From contig NC_043011.1 of assembly GCF_006345805.1 (NCBI RefSeq), positions 58,726,464-58,790,463 on the forward strand: 64,000 nucleotides of DNA, read 5' to 3'. Source of the stretch: Octopus sinensis (lineage: Eukaryota). Positions 12,866 to 27,381 of the stretch are shown here, piece after piece. Below the pieces are notes generated by a model, which was given only the letters and a program-made list of their open reading frames with translations, did no database searches and had not been told where the DNA came from. The translations under genes were made by a program, and so were the position numbers. Every line of letters begins with the position of its first letter. Position 1 is the stretch's first letter.

Positions 12866-14824
12866 AATAAACCAACCGATATTTGCACTACTATACATTG
12901 TATCCCCTCTGTATAGCAGCAGTACTCGACCACCAGTTGTATTCAGTAATTTACTGAAGATAGTCATGCCTTAAATGAAATCAAACAAAAGAATGCAGAA
13001 CCCATCCTTAAAATCTGGTGAATGAATAGAAAAATAAACCCAGCACCACCACATACACATTCATTCTAATATAACTACCATTCCTTTCACTATCTATTCC
13101 CATCATCTTCTACTCCTCCGCACGCCCATATGACTCGCTTACTCTTCATACTGGGGAAAAAAGGAAAAACGTACCTCTGTGATTCATCCACGGATGTTAT
13201 ATCGCTTGAAGAAATGAATCAATGATGAAGTTCAACCAGACACCCGTGAATACTACGAACTACACTGTAATCATCCCGGAAATATTGATTGTGATTTTAA
13301 AAGTCATGTAACTTGTGGAAACGCGTGTATCGATGCATTAATGTTTTTTATATATTCCATCCATGGAATATTGTCTCTCTATCTGTCTCTCTGTCTCTCT
13401 CTCTCTATATATATATACAGAGAGAGAGAGGGGGGAAGAGTGATAGAGAGGGAGAGAGAAAGGGAAAGTGGTGATTATTTGAAAATGTATTTTGTGTATA
13501 TTTAACTGTTAAATTCAAGAAGTTCTCCACGACAACCCTGTTTAACGTCCATAAAAATGTGGTACAGAGCGGGAAATTCAGTGTCAATCAGATCTCACGA
13601 AAAGCTCGGGTGACAGCGCTAAATGTGTTGCAGAGGATGTCTACCAATCAAGAAAAACGTGTAACTCCATTCGATCTTTGCCTCCTCAGCCTGTGGGTGT
13701 AAAGATTAGCTGCACTAGTGTTGCAGTGGCATTCGAGTCAAACTGTAAGCCACGATTGTTCGGCATTAAGTGCTAAGCAACAGGTCAACATCACTTCTTT
13801 TCTTGCAAGACGGTCACTCATCACTATCAAAACCGAAATTGGAAATACGAAAGCGGTGCTTGGTTGTACGAAAATCGAGATGATATTTTAATTTTCCAAA
13901 ACTTTAACCTTCTCCTTGGAATATTTCTATAATCACACTTATCTCTGTTTTATGTGTTGTTTGTAGTTCCAAACTTTTCTTGTTATTGTTGAATGCTTAT
14001 AACGATTCCAGTTGCTGTTTAAGTTGCAGAATGGCTTTCATATAAATTTCGTAAATCTTCCACTTATCATTAGTTATATTATACCCGTTTTGTAAGCCAT
14101 AATCATTATAGGCTTGCTGTGTAATGCTAATACTATTATCTTAATGCGTTGTTCATAGAAGATAAAGCCACTGTCTTCACTGATGTCAAAATATCTGAAG
14201 TTTATATTAAAACAAGATAGATAGCCTCCGAGATATAGCGTAATGGGAGACCTACTCTTTTTTTTATTTTTGCCTACTGTAAACAAAGATACTATTATTG
14301 ACAAAATGACCTCTTACAGTACACAGAACGCAGCCTACTTTTAAGAAATGACAGCTTGAGATTTTCGAAAGATCGATACATTTCCAAAGTTTGCTTGCCT
14401 CTCTAACGACATAAGTACATTTTAGCTGTTCACTTCAATATCTTCTTGCCTGTTTAAGTTATGAATTAATACAGTATGTGTCATTTGTAGTAAGCTCTAC
14501 CTGAACACTCTCCAGTTTTCTGTATAACTGTACCATTACGAAGCACTATTAAATAAAAAAGGGTCACTGGGAATCTATACAATCAGCAGATCTAAAAGAT
14601 GTGACCAGAAGTCATCAGCAGTGCTGAAGGCATTGCAACAAAAAACATATTTTGGGGGATTTTTTAACTTTATTTTCCCCCTTGTTTTACAATGCCAAAC
14701 GATATAGATGTTTAAAGACTAAATGGACTGAAGATCGATTAATCAATGTTCTTCTCCTTCCTGTAATGTTGACAAGATGTGATGTTGACAAGATGTAATG
14801 TTGGTCATATTCAAATAGGATGGA

Positions 14825-15203
14825 AGCACTCCGTCGGTTACGACGACGTGGATTCCGGTTGATCCGACCAACGGAACAGCCTGCTCGTGAAATTAACGTG
14901 TAAGTGGCTGAGCATTCCACAGACACGTGTAACCTTAACGTAGTTCTCGGGGATATTCAGCGTGACACAGAGAGTGACAATGCCGGCCCTTTGAAATACA
15001 GGTACAACAGAATCAGGAAGTAAGAGTGAGAGAAAGTTGTGGGGAAAGAATACAGCAGGGATCACCACCATCCCTGCCGGAGCCTCATGGAGCTTTAGGT
15101 GTTTTCACTCAATAAACACTCACAACGCCCGGTCTGGGAATCGAAACCGCGATCCTACGACCGCGAGTCTACTGCCCTAACAACTGGGCCATTGCGCTTC
15201 CAC
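14825..15203 (-). mobile_element. tRNA(Arg-like)-derived SINE family C, full length
   Basis: Reverse-complement head ggaagcgcaatggcccagttgttagggcag...gcggtttcgattcccagaccgg with A and B boxes. Its 3' half recurs at 46585-46765. Confidence 0.85.
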
Positions 15204-16481
15204 CATATTCAAATTATTGTTTGTCTGGATGAGTCTTAACTGGAACACTTCATAAGATGTATCTTATAATTAGTTGATTCCTATCTATAACATGGGAGTG
15301 TAGAATAGAACTTTACCTGCATTCTTAATTCGTCTCAGTTCGGTAGAAGACTGTACCCACATGTATGGACATAAATATTCAAAATTTGCTATCTTTACTG
15401 GTATTATATTCACAACATATGACATTATTTTTGCTTTCGCTGTATAAACGATTTACGCAAGAAATAATATAGAGCAACCACGTGATGATTTTTTTAATAA
15501 CACAGTTACCTTAATTTTTTTCGAGGTATCTGTATTTCCTTAAGCAGCAAATAATTATATCTTGGAACCTACAGCCTCTAGAGCAAAACCTCAACATCTG
15601 TACTAATGAAATGCCAGTTATTCTTCTAGGCCCGTTGCTACAAGATATTGTATCACAAACACACGTTTCGGACAGGAGACGAAAACTATTCGAAACAACA
15701 GTTGTAGTCTCCTCATATTCGCTTGACATATTTGAGATAACAGCAAAATTACTTGAAAACTATGTCCTCTCATTGTTTCAAAGAAGATTGATTAGACAGC
15801 AGTGTCAGCTGGAATTTAAGTTGTAGAGATAAAACGGGACAATCATGGTGGGAATGCCTTTGCTCGATGAAAGCTGATTGTAGTTAAACAACAATATTTT
15901 GTACAAGCGGAAAAGTTTATATATGTATTTGCTTTAGCCTGCTTGACTTAATGCTGGTTCGCCTTCTACATTATAGTCGGATGGTTAGCAATGAGAAATG
16001 TATATAAGAGGTTTACATTGCTTCGAATTATACGATCCGATCGAGCATGAGTAAATTTAGCCAAGAATAGAATGAATTCAATAACAATGATCAATGAATC
16101 TAAAATTCGCTGTAAGTTAATTCTGGGAACTAGATAACATACATAAAGAAGTGGTCAGGTAGACTTGTACATACCCACCTAGTAGCTTTCCTAACAATAT
16201 CCTTAGATGTTTAAGCATTAGAGCTTAATGAGATTAGTAGATGTCTGTATCGATAGAAATCGGTCTAATATAGTTTAAACAATAGATATTGTTAGCAGTT
16301 CACTTAAAATTTGAAAGTAGTTTCTAAATGTTTCGCTTAGTTTATAGAATTTTGTATAGGAATATTGCATATCACCGGGAAGTTATTTAGGTTCTTTCGT
16401 TATGGTTTGTATATTTTATTTGGTGCTTAGATTTAGATTATGTGCTAAGGCTATAGATTTAAGTTCTCATATAAACCTTTT

Positions 16482-16910
16482 TCAATTCAATTCAATTCAA
16501 TTTATATTGGCTCGAAAAGTAAAAGCAAGGCCATGTAGGTGGGCAGGGAGTTATGTACAGGGATGGTGGTCATAGAAAGAGTTCAGGCCATTTCTGGTCA
16601 AGAGAGACTTTGAACTGAGCGGCTATCGGCATCTTCACTATCTCGTCCGGCAGCTTATTCCACGGATCTGCAACCCGGGCGGAGAAAGCCCCTCTCCTTC
16701 GATTGAGATGAAATCGTCGTAGATAGAGCGTTGTGGAGTGACCCTGCAGCCGATGCTCTGGAGCAGGAGTGAAGAACAGCTCTTTTGAGAGGTTACACTT
16801 TCCGCTAATGATTTTGAGAGCGAGAATGAGATCGCCACGGCGTCGTCGTTTTTCAAGAGAATAAAGGTCGAGCGTCTTCAGCCTTTCTTCATAAGAAGCA
16901 CTGAACACTT
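16482..16910 (-). pseudogene. 5'-truncated CR1/L2-like LINE with (TTGAA)n tail
   Basis: SYEERLKTLDLYSLEKRRRRGDLI...FSARVADPWNKLP...FKVSLD. Short tandem-repeat tail at 16482-16502. Confidence 0.9.
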
Positions 16911-18248
16911 TACGATAGCACTGAGGATATTTCTTAGTATATCTCAGAGTTCATCCCAGTTAGTGATGTTATACTCAATCTATGGTAAGTACACTTAATT
17001 CTCTATAACTCGAAAAACTGCACGTAGCATTCTGAGAAGAGAATGGCAACGAAAGGACATAGAAAACGTGAAAACACAAGAAATTAGAGAACTTTGGAGA
17101 CACGTGTTACTCATGTAATTGTAAGAATTATTTAGAATATTTTAACGGGTATAGCCTTCTTAGAATTATAAACGATCTAGCATTACCACAAGCCTTATTC
17201 CCACGTCAGGAAAATTTATCTCAAAATGGAAAAGCAAAAAAAATTGTAGCAATTCGTAATGATCTTCCACCAAGGAAACATTATAGAAATACGTTAACAC
17301 ATTTTATAAGTTATATGTTTCTGTTTAGATCGAAATCGAAGTAAGAATAACAGCTCGCATAGCCTTCATTTCAAGAGCATTGAACGAGAGCAAAGGCGGT
17401 TATTTATTCCGGGGAAAGATTGAGCGGAGTACTAGCTATAAGGTGCAAGACGGAGCACGGGTGGATTATATCTGTCACCCATTATTTACAAACCATATCT
17501 CACTTTTAATTTTCAAGATATTAGACTGATTAAAAACCACATCAAGTATTTCAAACAAGCATTTGATGATCACATTCCCTTCATCTGAAATGATAGTTAT
17601 AACGATAGATTTGAAATGAATTGTCAGTTCAATATGTTTTATATGTGATCTCAGCTAATATAAAGTGTGTAAAGATACATAGTTGCAAAGATGATGAGTA
17701 ATATCCAGATTTCTATATGGCGACAACACCAATAATGATGGATTTCATTGTCAAAAAGTTTAAGACGCCTGGGTATCACCTTCTCTATCGACGTCTTTCA
17801 GATACTGTTGCAGAACTGGTAAAGTGCTACCCAATTATTTCCCATTTGCATGGGTGCAAACATAAAGCGTGTTTATCCAAATTCCTTACTTCAATAAATA
17901 GCCCAATGCCATCGTCATATTCATTGTAAAATAATTGTTTTTGTTCCAGCAGAGGTATTCTTAGGAGATAAGAATTTAAATACGTTTCTGTCAGAATATC
18001 CTCCAGATTTATCACAAATAGCGTACCTCGGATTTTCCAAAGACTCTTTATTTAATGTATTGTACGGCTGAATACGCATACATGATACGCAAATACACAC
18101 TCTCACATATACATCTCTCGTTTTTTTGTCTCTTCGTGCATACATACACACATACACACACACACATATATATATATAATCAAAATAGGCAACAAGGATA
18201 TCCAAGGTAGAGTAGTACAATTGTTGCATGCTACTTCATTTTATTAAA

Positions 18249-18327
<79 letters not shown>

Positions 18328-18711
18328 GTGTGTGTGTATATATGCATGTGCTTATGTATGTATGCACGTATGTCTACGTGATGCAATGAAAACAATCGTA
18401 AAGTATTATTTGATAGAGTTATTCCTGTTGAGTGATTCAAATTACAAAGATTTGCAGTTGTTTCTGATGTAGAAAAATTGGAGCAAAGAACATTTCGACG
18501 CTTTCGAATTATATTACAATGGAAGATGTCCTTTCAGAGATAATGCTATAATTATTCCAATTAGCCTCCGGCAGCATTTCTCCTCATTTAAAATATAATG
18601 CAAATTTTGACTCTTCTTCACAATAGAATTCGATGCGGAGGGAAGAGGGATTGTGTTTTGTAGCGAAAGAGAGAAAATAATTTGATGCCATACAACACTG
18701 TGTTTCTAGAC

Positions 18712-18768
<57 letters not shown>

Positions 18769-18841
18769 TGTGTGTGTGTGTACGTGTGTGTGCGTGCATG
18801 GTTGTGTGTATATATGCATATATACATACATATACACATGC

Positions 18842-18878
<37 letters not shown>

Positions 18879-18934
18879 CATATATATGCATACTACATTC
18901 ATATATACATATATATATATATATATGCATACAT

Positions 18935-18995
<61 letters not shown>

Positions 18996-21345
18996 TACAT
19001 ACTTACATATAGGTATATACGTACACATATATATAAATATATATACATATATGTGTGTTTTGTATGCCCCGGGTGAGTTTCAGTGGAACTGTATGCAATA
19101 ACTTATATGAGTTGATGTGTAACAGAAGTATAATTATTCAATATATTCAAATGCTTTCAAAGAAACAGAATCGCAATGATTATGTATTTCCATTGGAAGC
19201 TTATTGAATTTTTCGGCTGAAATTCAAATCACCATTTGAACAATGGTCAATAAATCTGCCTAAAGTGCATATAGCCCACTCTGTCTGTTTTTCTCTCTGT
19301 CTGTCTCTCTCTCTTTCTCTCTAGCTAGTTATCTGTGTCTTCCTCTTTACTAGATACTATCTGTGTTATTGGAAACGCGTTACACTTCCAACTGACTGGT
19401 TTCGATAACAACATTTGCTTTTTTCTTTATTTCAAACAAAATAGTCACCAATACAAAGGTAAACGGACCCCGTCGATGCAGCAACGCCTACAAAATAGTT
19501 CACTCACTCGTCACATAAAACTAGCATCGAAAACAAATAACAATGGAAAATCACCATTTATTTTTTCCCGAGGATAATTTCGCCAGTTCTCTCTGCCTCC
19601 GACGTAAACGAGCAGAAGTATGTGTAGCAGAACATAGTTTACCGTATTAGCTTTATGATGTGTCTTTATTTGGGCATTGAATTCTTGCTTCAGTCCATAT
19701 ATTTACAACCGGTCGTGATTAGAATTTCTGAAATAATATATGCCATTCTGAAAGTCAACTTCTGGAGATCGAATATCAGTTATGTTTAAAACGTGTGAAA
19801 AGTGTGGCGAGGTAAATATCTGACCTCTCAAAATATGTCTTCACTTTCGATGATCAAATGCTGATGTAAAACAAAATTCTAACGTGGTTGGATGATTTAA
19901 GCCCAGAAATTACCGTAACAAAACTAAAACCTAGTGTAGGCATTAGTGAAGTGGTTTTCATTTTCTGACCCTCAACTATCCTAGTTCAATATTACTAACA
20001 TAAATTATAAGTTTTCCTTTTCTTTCCCATCACGTAGTTCAACTGAAAGGAGATATGAAATTGCGACAATTTCTCTAATAAGTAAAATTAAAGAAAATTT
20101 GCCTTTATTTCACGAAGATCTTTTCTTTTGATCTACAACCATTCGGCGACTAAACTGGCAACCCCACCAAGCTTGCTTGGTGAGGAGAGGGATTGTTAGA
20201 CACCCTGAGGAACGAAAAGTAAGATCCGCCAAAGGGCAGAAGAACAACTGTGTAGTTAAGGGCTAATTCAACAGGTACCTTGTCGTAGTGACGTACATGT
20301 GTGCCCCATTGACCCAAACTAGCATAATACTTGTTTACTGTTTACAAAGACAGCCTTAATGATATCAAATTTTCTGTTAATGATTTTTGTTGAAAAACGT
20401 AAAGGGAGATATTTTTGAAATTCTGTAAAGCTCCCTAATATTCTTGCTAACACATACGTTCGCTAATAGAACTGTAAAGACATTGTCTAAGTTTCAGTAA
20501 CTTCTGGTATTAGTGGTACATTCATAAGCGTTCTTGCGCTGTACATATTCGATTAGAGTTTGACAATACTCTGTTAGTAGATATTACCGCCCCAAGAAAC
20601 ATGCATATACAACAGAACAAGTCGTTTGAAAAAGGACTGAAAAAGTATGGTTACAATCAATACAGAGAATATAAACATATAAAGTACATCTCATGCTATA
20701 AATATTTAAAATAAATATTTATGAATCCTTATTTCTTAGCTGAGTAATTTAGAAATTTAATGACAAATAGCTGTCCAAATTCTCAAGTATTCAACTGAAA
20801 ATCACATAAACCGACATTTAATATGATATATCTTATCCTAACACTAAGGTTACCTTTCCGAATTACGTCAAATATTTGGATCTATTTTCATTAATTCCCA
20901 ATTATCTAGCTAAAGCAGTACAAGTCTCAGTAACATTCAGTAATGCTAATCCACATAATTCCGTAGCACACACGTCAATCGATATACTTTGATACGGAAT
21001 AAACTATAGTTACATTCTTCATCTTTATGCGCCTCCTCACATTGTCTGTATTCAAACAGACGAAATTATTATTCGACTTGTTAAAAAAATAATATGAATT
21101 ATGACTATGAAAATTACCATCACAGATATGTTATACGGCATATTAATTCATATTGGATGGAGACACAACCTACACATATTTTAGGAGATAGGATCATAAG
21201 ATTTTTTCATCTCACAACCGTTTCAAAATTATCGTAGCGGAAATAGTGAAAAATGTAAATTCTGAATATCAAAACCCGAATAATATTGTGGTGTAGCTTT
21301 CAGTAGAAAACAGAAATTGTAAAGGCAATTATGTGCATACACACA

Positions 21346-21455
<110 letters not shown>

Positions 21456-22000
21456 ATGTATGTATGTATGTATATGAGGAGAATAAGATAAGGTAGAAAA
21501 TGCTAAAATGATTTTATCACGAAAAACATTTTAATACCGGTTTCAGTCATTGCGACAATTTTAGCTTCGAGTAAAGTATAAAAAACAATTAAACTGTGGA
21601 AAACTTAAATGAAATGTGTTAAAAAAAATATATATTTCCATAGTTTTCAAATTCATGGGACATTTTCCCTTTTTCTGCCTGTCTCTGTCTCTCATTTTTA
21701 CTTTTGTGGGTTTTACTCTTGTGGGTTCTAGGTAGTTAGTAACAGCTAGTTTAATATGATTACATGCCTTTGTTTGTTTAAGCAGCAGCAGTAGTAGAGA
21801 AAGGAGACCGCGGAGAAGAAGAAGTAGAAGAAAAGAAAGCGGGAGTGGTAGGACAGTAGCTGGATATTGATGGAATCCATTTGAATGGTCAAGGGACCTA
21901 AAAGTGAACGGTTCTGGAAGATAGTAGTGATTGAAATCGTTCTGATTAAATTCTTGAGGCGACTGTTTTGAATATATCATTTTTAATATTTGCGTGGGTG

Positions 22001-22285
22001 TTATTCTAAGGCCCTAGTGACAGTGTCATTTCTTACGGATGCATCCAAAACGGGTTTGTGTTTTGTGATAAAGAATGTTTCTTTACTAATACGCTGACTA
22101 CAAGTGGTGTCGTCCCTGAGTTGATAGAGGGGAAAGAATCTGAATCTTGGTTGTTTGTTATCGGCGCAAATGTCGATGTGTTCAGTCAAAGCTATTTTGA
22201 TCTGGGATCTCACATCTGTGCAGAGCCATTCTTCGACGCAGACTGTTTCATGTTTGGCCTGTATATTGCTCTCGACACACCTTCT
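22001..22285 (-). pseudogene. Penelope-like retroelement GIY-YIG endonuclease C-terminal remnant
   Basis: Frameshifted translation CREQYTGQT*NSLRRRMALHR...LTEHIDICA...RFRFFPLYQ...QRISKETFFITKHKPVL. This matches the YIG motif and the terminal R-x-x-x-E-x-x-F-I-x-x-x-K-P-x-L motif of PLE endonucleases as I recall them. Confidence 0.75.
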
Positions 22286-22295
22286 TTATTTATTG

Positions 22296-22484
22296 TCAAC
22301 GGGGGGCTAAACAGAAAGGGGACAAACAAGGATAGACAAAGGGATTAAGTCGATTACATCAACTCCGAAAGGATGAAAGGCAAAGTCGACCTCGGCGCAA
22401 TTTGAACTCAGAACGTAACAGCAGCCGACATACCGCTAAGCATTTCACCCTGCGTGCTAACGATTCTGCCAGCACGCCGCCCTG
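22296..22484 (-). mobile_element. SINE family A copy, internally deleted
   Basis: ccgaaaggatgaaaggcaaagtcgacctcggcg..tttgaactcagaacgta core. Sits at the 5' edge of the Penelope remnant. Confidence 0.85.
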
Positions 22485-23054
22485 ACTAAAACAAATATTA
22501 GTTATAAGAAAATAACTTCAACCTCTTTAGAAAATATTTCCTTCATCTTCATAACCTTTCAAAAATGCGTTGCCTATTTCTGATATAATTACATCATATG
22601 AGTATTTTAAAGTCTCTGAAAATATTAATTTAATCTTTATTTCTTTCCTTCTGTTTCGTTGTATTAGCTCGTCACAAGTCACAATCAACAATGATTAAAA
22701 AAAACAACTTTATTATAATTAAAGAAATAACTACCAGGAACAATACGTATCAATGTATAATGCTTTCCCCTGGCGGTAACAGCCTACTCGGTAGCAATAA
22801 TGAAAAGTTTAAATGGTTTCAACTAATTTATAATCATTCTGCAGTTATTTTTACTCGCCTAAACAACGTACGGATATTTTCTGACATTCATCTTCTCAAT
22901 GAATCATCACGAAGCTATTATTATACACACACACACACACATGTATATACATATACATATATATTTTTGTATATATGCAAAACAAATATATAAACGTATA
23001 TATATATATATATATATATATATGCATACATAAATGTACGTACACACACACATG

Positions 23055-23122
<68 letters not shown>

Positions 23123-24760
23123 CATATATATGTGTAGATATTCCTGTATGTATAAATATGCGTAAGCCCATTGATTTATTGACCTTTATTTGGAATAAAT
23201 AATGCCTCGAGAACTAGAAGAACAATTTTGAATTTGCCCTTTAAACTTATCTCCCAAATGTGAAAATACATTCGGTGATATATACAGAAGCACTTAAGAG
23301 AAAATTGCAAATTACCGAAGCAAAGATCGTTATGATCTTCAGGCGAAGATCGAAATCGAACCACCTTTATAACAACGTGTATGTGTGCATATAATCATAG
23401 CAGCCGTGTACATACACGTATTTATACAGCAAACAGGATTTCTGTAGATACATGCATGCTTAGTTATGAAATTATATATGAGTGAATTTATATTTCATAT
23501 ATTTATTCGAGAAGATAAAATAGGATAAATCTGTCCCGTAAAGAAGAAAATTCTATTTAAATGTAATCAATACATATGGTAATTGAAATGTTACGATTGT
23601 AAAGATTGACATTCTATTGCAATATCTGTTAAATGAATTAGAAATTTTAGTTGCGTTAAGCAAAATGCAGCGAGAGAATCGTGAAACAGAGGAATTGAAA
23701 TAGAGAAAAAAAAAATGCTCGGTAGTATTTGTTCTTCAACGATGTGCAGAAAATATGTATGAGGTGTTACTTAAAGAATGAAGCATTACATGATTTGTTA
23801 AAAGTCATTGATAGTATATTTCCATTCGGAAGGTGGTGCTTAAATGGAAATAAGAAAAGATGTATGCAGTTACTTATCCTTATAGATACCACAGCCAAGG
23901 ATTCCTCAGTTATAGATTATCTTTGCTGGAGAAGAGAAGGGGTTGTCTCGATTAATATGGCCTTGTCCATATGTCAACGTTTTCTGGATTAATGAGGACT
24001 AACAAAATATCTTGGCTGCATGAAAAATGAAATGATATTTCATTAACCTAACAATGAAACCCAACACGGGCAATGTACAGGCAGTCTAGATTTAACACGT
24101 GGTCCTTCGAAGCAGCTAAATATAGTTGTCAAATATCCAATGAGGTGACAAGTACCGCGTAGCATCATATAGTTCTAGATAGAAAGCTTGAAGAAACATA
24201 TACCTGGATTAACTATAAGAGGTTTCGTTTGTTGTATATAACGAAAGTAAACACTTTTACATAATATTTCATCGCATAAATGATGGGAGCATATTAAACG
24301 CCAGACTATTACAACAACATCTATTCACAAAAAAAAAGTGCATCAAGGATAAAGTGAGCTTATGGAAAGATGAACGTCGTATATAGGGGCCGGGGTGATT
24401 TTTGGAGATATTTATCGAATGACGAGACATATATACCATCAAATACGGTAATTAGGTGCCGTATTTTAGAGGGCTCTGTCACGTTCGTCAGAGCATTTCA
24501 AAAGTGCGTCCTTGACAGAATGAAAATATTGACGGGCAAATATAATTCGACAAGCAAAGACCGTTATGTGACGGGAGAAAATGTACAAACGTAAAATTTT
24601 CTTACCATAGTAGGTAAAATTCTTGAAATAAGATGTGGGCTATTCATGCCTAAATTCGTACGAGAGATTACATAAAATCCCGATGAATAAATAAAGAATT
24701 TCATTAATTTAGAAATAAAATATTTAACGCATACATACATACATAAATATATATATATAT

Positions 24761-25117
24761 GGGTAAAGACCCCCTTCGGTCATGAATGACCATGGGATTG
24801 CACCTAGAAAGTTACCCTACTAGACACAAGTCCGGGCAAGATTGTTTATGGAAGACCAGCAGTCGCCCATGCATACCAGCCTCCCCTCTCCACGGCACCA
24901 GTGTTATCCAAGGGAAAGGCAAAGGTCGATACAACTTGGCACCTGTGACGTCGCAACTCATTTCTACAGCTGGAGTGAACTGGAGTGAACTACGTGCACT
25001 GGAGTGAACTGGAGCAAGTGCTTTGCTCAAGAACACAACACGCAGCCCGGTCCGGGATTCGAGCTCACAACCTCACGATCGTAAGCTCGACGCTCTAACC
25101 ACTGAGCCATGCGCCTT

Positions 25118-25120
<3 letters not shown>
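24761..25120 (-). mobile_element. tRNA-derived SINE family D, full length
   Basis: Reverse-complement head gtgaaggcgcatggctcagtggttagagcg...gagctcgaatcccgg, then tgtgttcttgagcaa box. Internal ctggagtgaa repeats. (TA)n at both ends. Confidence 0.85.
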
Positions 25121-25185
<65 letters not shown>

Positions 25186-25186
25186 G

Positions 25187-25218
<32 letters not shown>

Positions 25219-25219
25219 T

Positions 25220-25297
<78 letters not shown>

Positions 25298-25302
<5 letters not shown>

Positions 25303-25525
25303 TTAGAGATAAAACCACTATAATATAATGTATTTATACTATAAAATTGGATTTAATCCTAAATCTACCAATTTTTCCCTGTAAGTTTGGATTTATTCCC
25401 TAATATTATTATATTATAATATATATATATATATATTATATATATATATTATATATATATATAATTAAGCACTGTAAGTATTATATCAGGTTTAAAATGT
25501 CGAGCAATCTTCAGCCATTTTTAGA
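25298..25525 (-). mobile_element. Degenerate copy of the 46926-47088 HHR element
   Basis: ttagagataaaaccactat near 25305 and tcgagcaatcttcag near 25498 match the 47 kb element. The HHR is reduced to CTGAAGA-TTG...GACA. Confidence 0.5.
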
Positions 25526-25875
25526 GATTTTCCAATCAACCGGACAAGGCATATTCATATATTTATATCGTTTGCCAACATTATGAAGAGGGTAGATATA
25601 CAGACAGAGAGGTTGATTTCATTCTTACGAACACGATTGTATTAAATCTACTCTCTGACTGTAGATTTTAACCTTGTTATTTAGATCTATCAATAGAGAG
25701 GGGGATTTTTGGTTGGATGGAAACAAAAACATTTCCTATTTATAGATATAGGAAGGGGTGGAACAAATGTCAAAACCAATAAATCTATTCCTATTCAGAT
25801 GAACCCAGCCCAGATACATTTGAATGCACTAAGCAAAAAGCTAGTATGTTGAAGTTAGAGGGGTAGGAGAATATA

Positions 25876-25993
25876 TATTTCTTTATTGCCCACAAGGGGC
25901 TAAACATAGAGGGGACAGACAAAGGGATTAAGTCAATTACATAGACACCAGTGCGTAACTGGTACTTAATTTATCGACCCCGAAAGGATGAAA
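25876..25993 (-). mobile_element. SINE family A, 5'-truncated (3' half only)
   Basis: tatttctttattgcccacaagggg...tttatcgaccccgaaaggatgaaa. Confidence 0.85.
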
Positions 25994-26106
25994 TGCCCAG
26001 ATTCTATATTAAGAAATTTAAGTAAATATATTTTAGACAATTTTCAAAATGATTTCAGTAAACATTATTATCTTATATAGGGAATCTAATATAGCTATAA
26101 AAAATA

Positions 26107-26595
26107 TAGAAATCATTTCATATTTATATATATATATATATACATTTCCATTAATATAATCACAATTATATATGGTGGTTATTTTAATGAGTTGAATTAA
26201 AAGAAAATGTTAGCCATAATACTTACCACGGAAAAAAAATTAATTTAGTACATATATTAGGAGTCAATAAGATATATTCAAAAAATAATGGAAGGGAAGT
26301 AATCAAGATGAACTAAATAATTTCGCTAGATACATAGAATTATTTGTGATTATTTCATATTTAAATATCCGCATTTCCATTAATATAGACTCAGAATTAG
26401 CTAGTAAATGGTGATTCATGTTATTAATGAGTCGAATTAAAAGAATATGTTAGACATAATATTTACTACACGTGGAGGAAAAAACTTTATCAATTCAGTG
26501 AATATATCAGGTGTCAATAATATATATTAAAAAGTAATGAAAGGGAGGTAATCACGATAAACCAAGAACATTTCCCTAGATATATAGAATTTTTT
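26107..26595. repeat. Old direct tandem duplication, period about 229 bp
   Basis: catttccattaatata at 26143 and 26372. Shared ttaatgagt.gaattaaaaga and aat..aaggga.gtaatca.gat..ac segments. Confidence 0.8.
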
Positions 26596-27069
26596 TCTAT
26601 CCAATATAGGAGAGTATCCAGATTTATATATATATAATGAAATTTCTTAGTAATCTATGCAGGTTGAATAAAAGCTAGTATGGTAAATTAATTTTTATTT
26701 GATTATAAAATATTAGGATTTGAACATTTAGGAATGGTCAGAATGCTATTACTTAAAATACTTAAACGTACGGGTAGCACATTGTATACAAGATGCTCCC
26801 AGTTCGGAACGGTTATTCAATAAGTTTGTATTATTCCTATGTTTTAAAATTTCACATGTCTCCATAGAACAAAGTTCACATCCATCCCTACTATTTTTAT
26901 AAGGCTGTGCCTTACTCATTATATCCCATTTTAGGTTAAATTCTATATTTTTTCTTTCAGTTCACAAATTTCACAGGACAGCGTTGTGCAACCCGCCTTA
27001 TGTTTAAGTCTAAAAGAGGAAAAATGATTGGTTATATATATATATATTATATATATATTATATATATAT

Positions 27070-27148
<79 letters not shown>

Positions 27149-27338
27149 TTATATATATGTATGTATGTATGTATATGTATATGTATACTAGAGACTGAAT
27201 TTCAGACATTTTTCATCTTTGTCAGTTATTTACACGCAACGACATGTTATATCTTGTTTTATTCCCCTCTTCTATAGCTTAACCCTTATTCACGACTCTC
27301 AATGCCTCAGAGGAATTATCACACTGCTTATACATACA

Positions 27339-27381
<43 letters not shown>

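Noticed and set aside
12590-13350. Interpretation as a single MITE with long TIRs
   Set aside because: A third homologue and the (ATT)n tails indicate retroelement 3' ends in opposite orientation. It is kept only as a foldback finding.
14074-14304. YFDISEDSGFIF as a cadherin-repeat fragment
   Set aside because: No other cadherin motifs (LDRE, DxNDN) and no good donor site.
15130-15203. tRNA genes at SINE heads (also 11313, 25120, 48373, 52601, 59161)
   Set aside because: They have A/B boxes but no complete cloverleaf, and they continue into SINE bodies with tails and TSDs.
21561-21980. 139-aa ORF with a signal-peptide-like Leu run
   Set aside because: It lies in the 3' flank of the Penelope remnant, and the Leu run comes from a CTT/CTA low-complexity tract.
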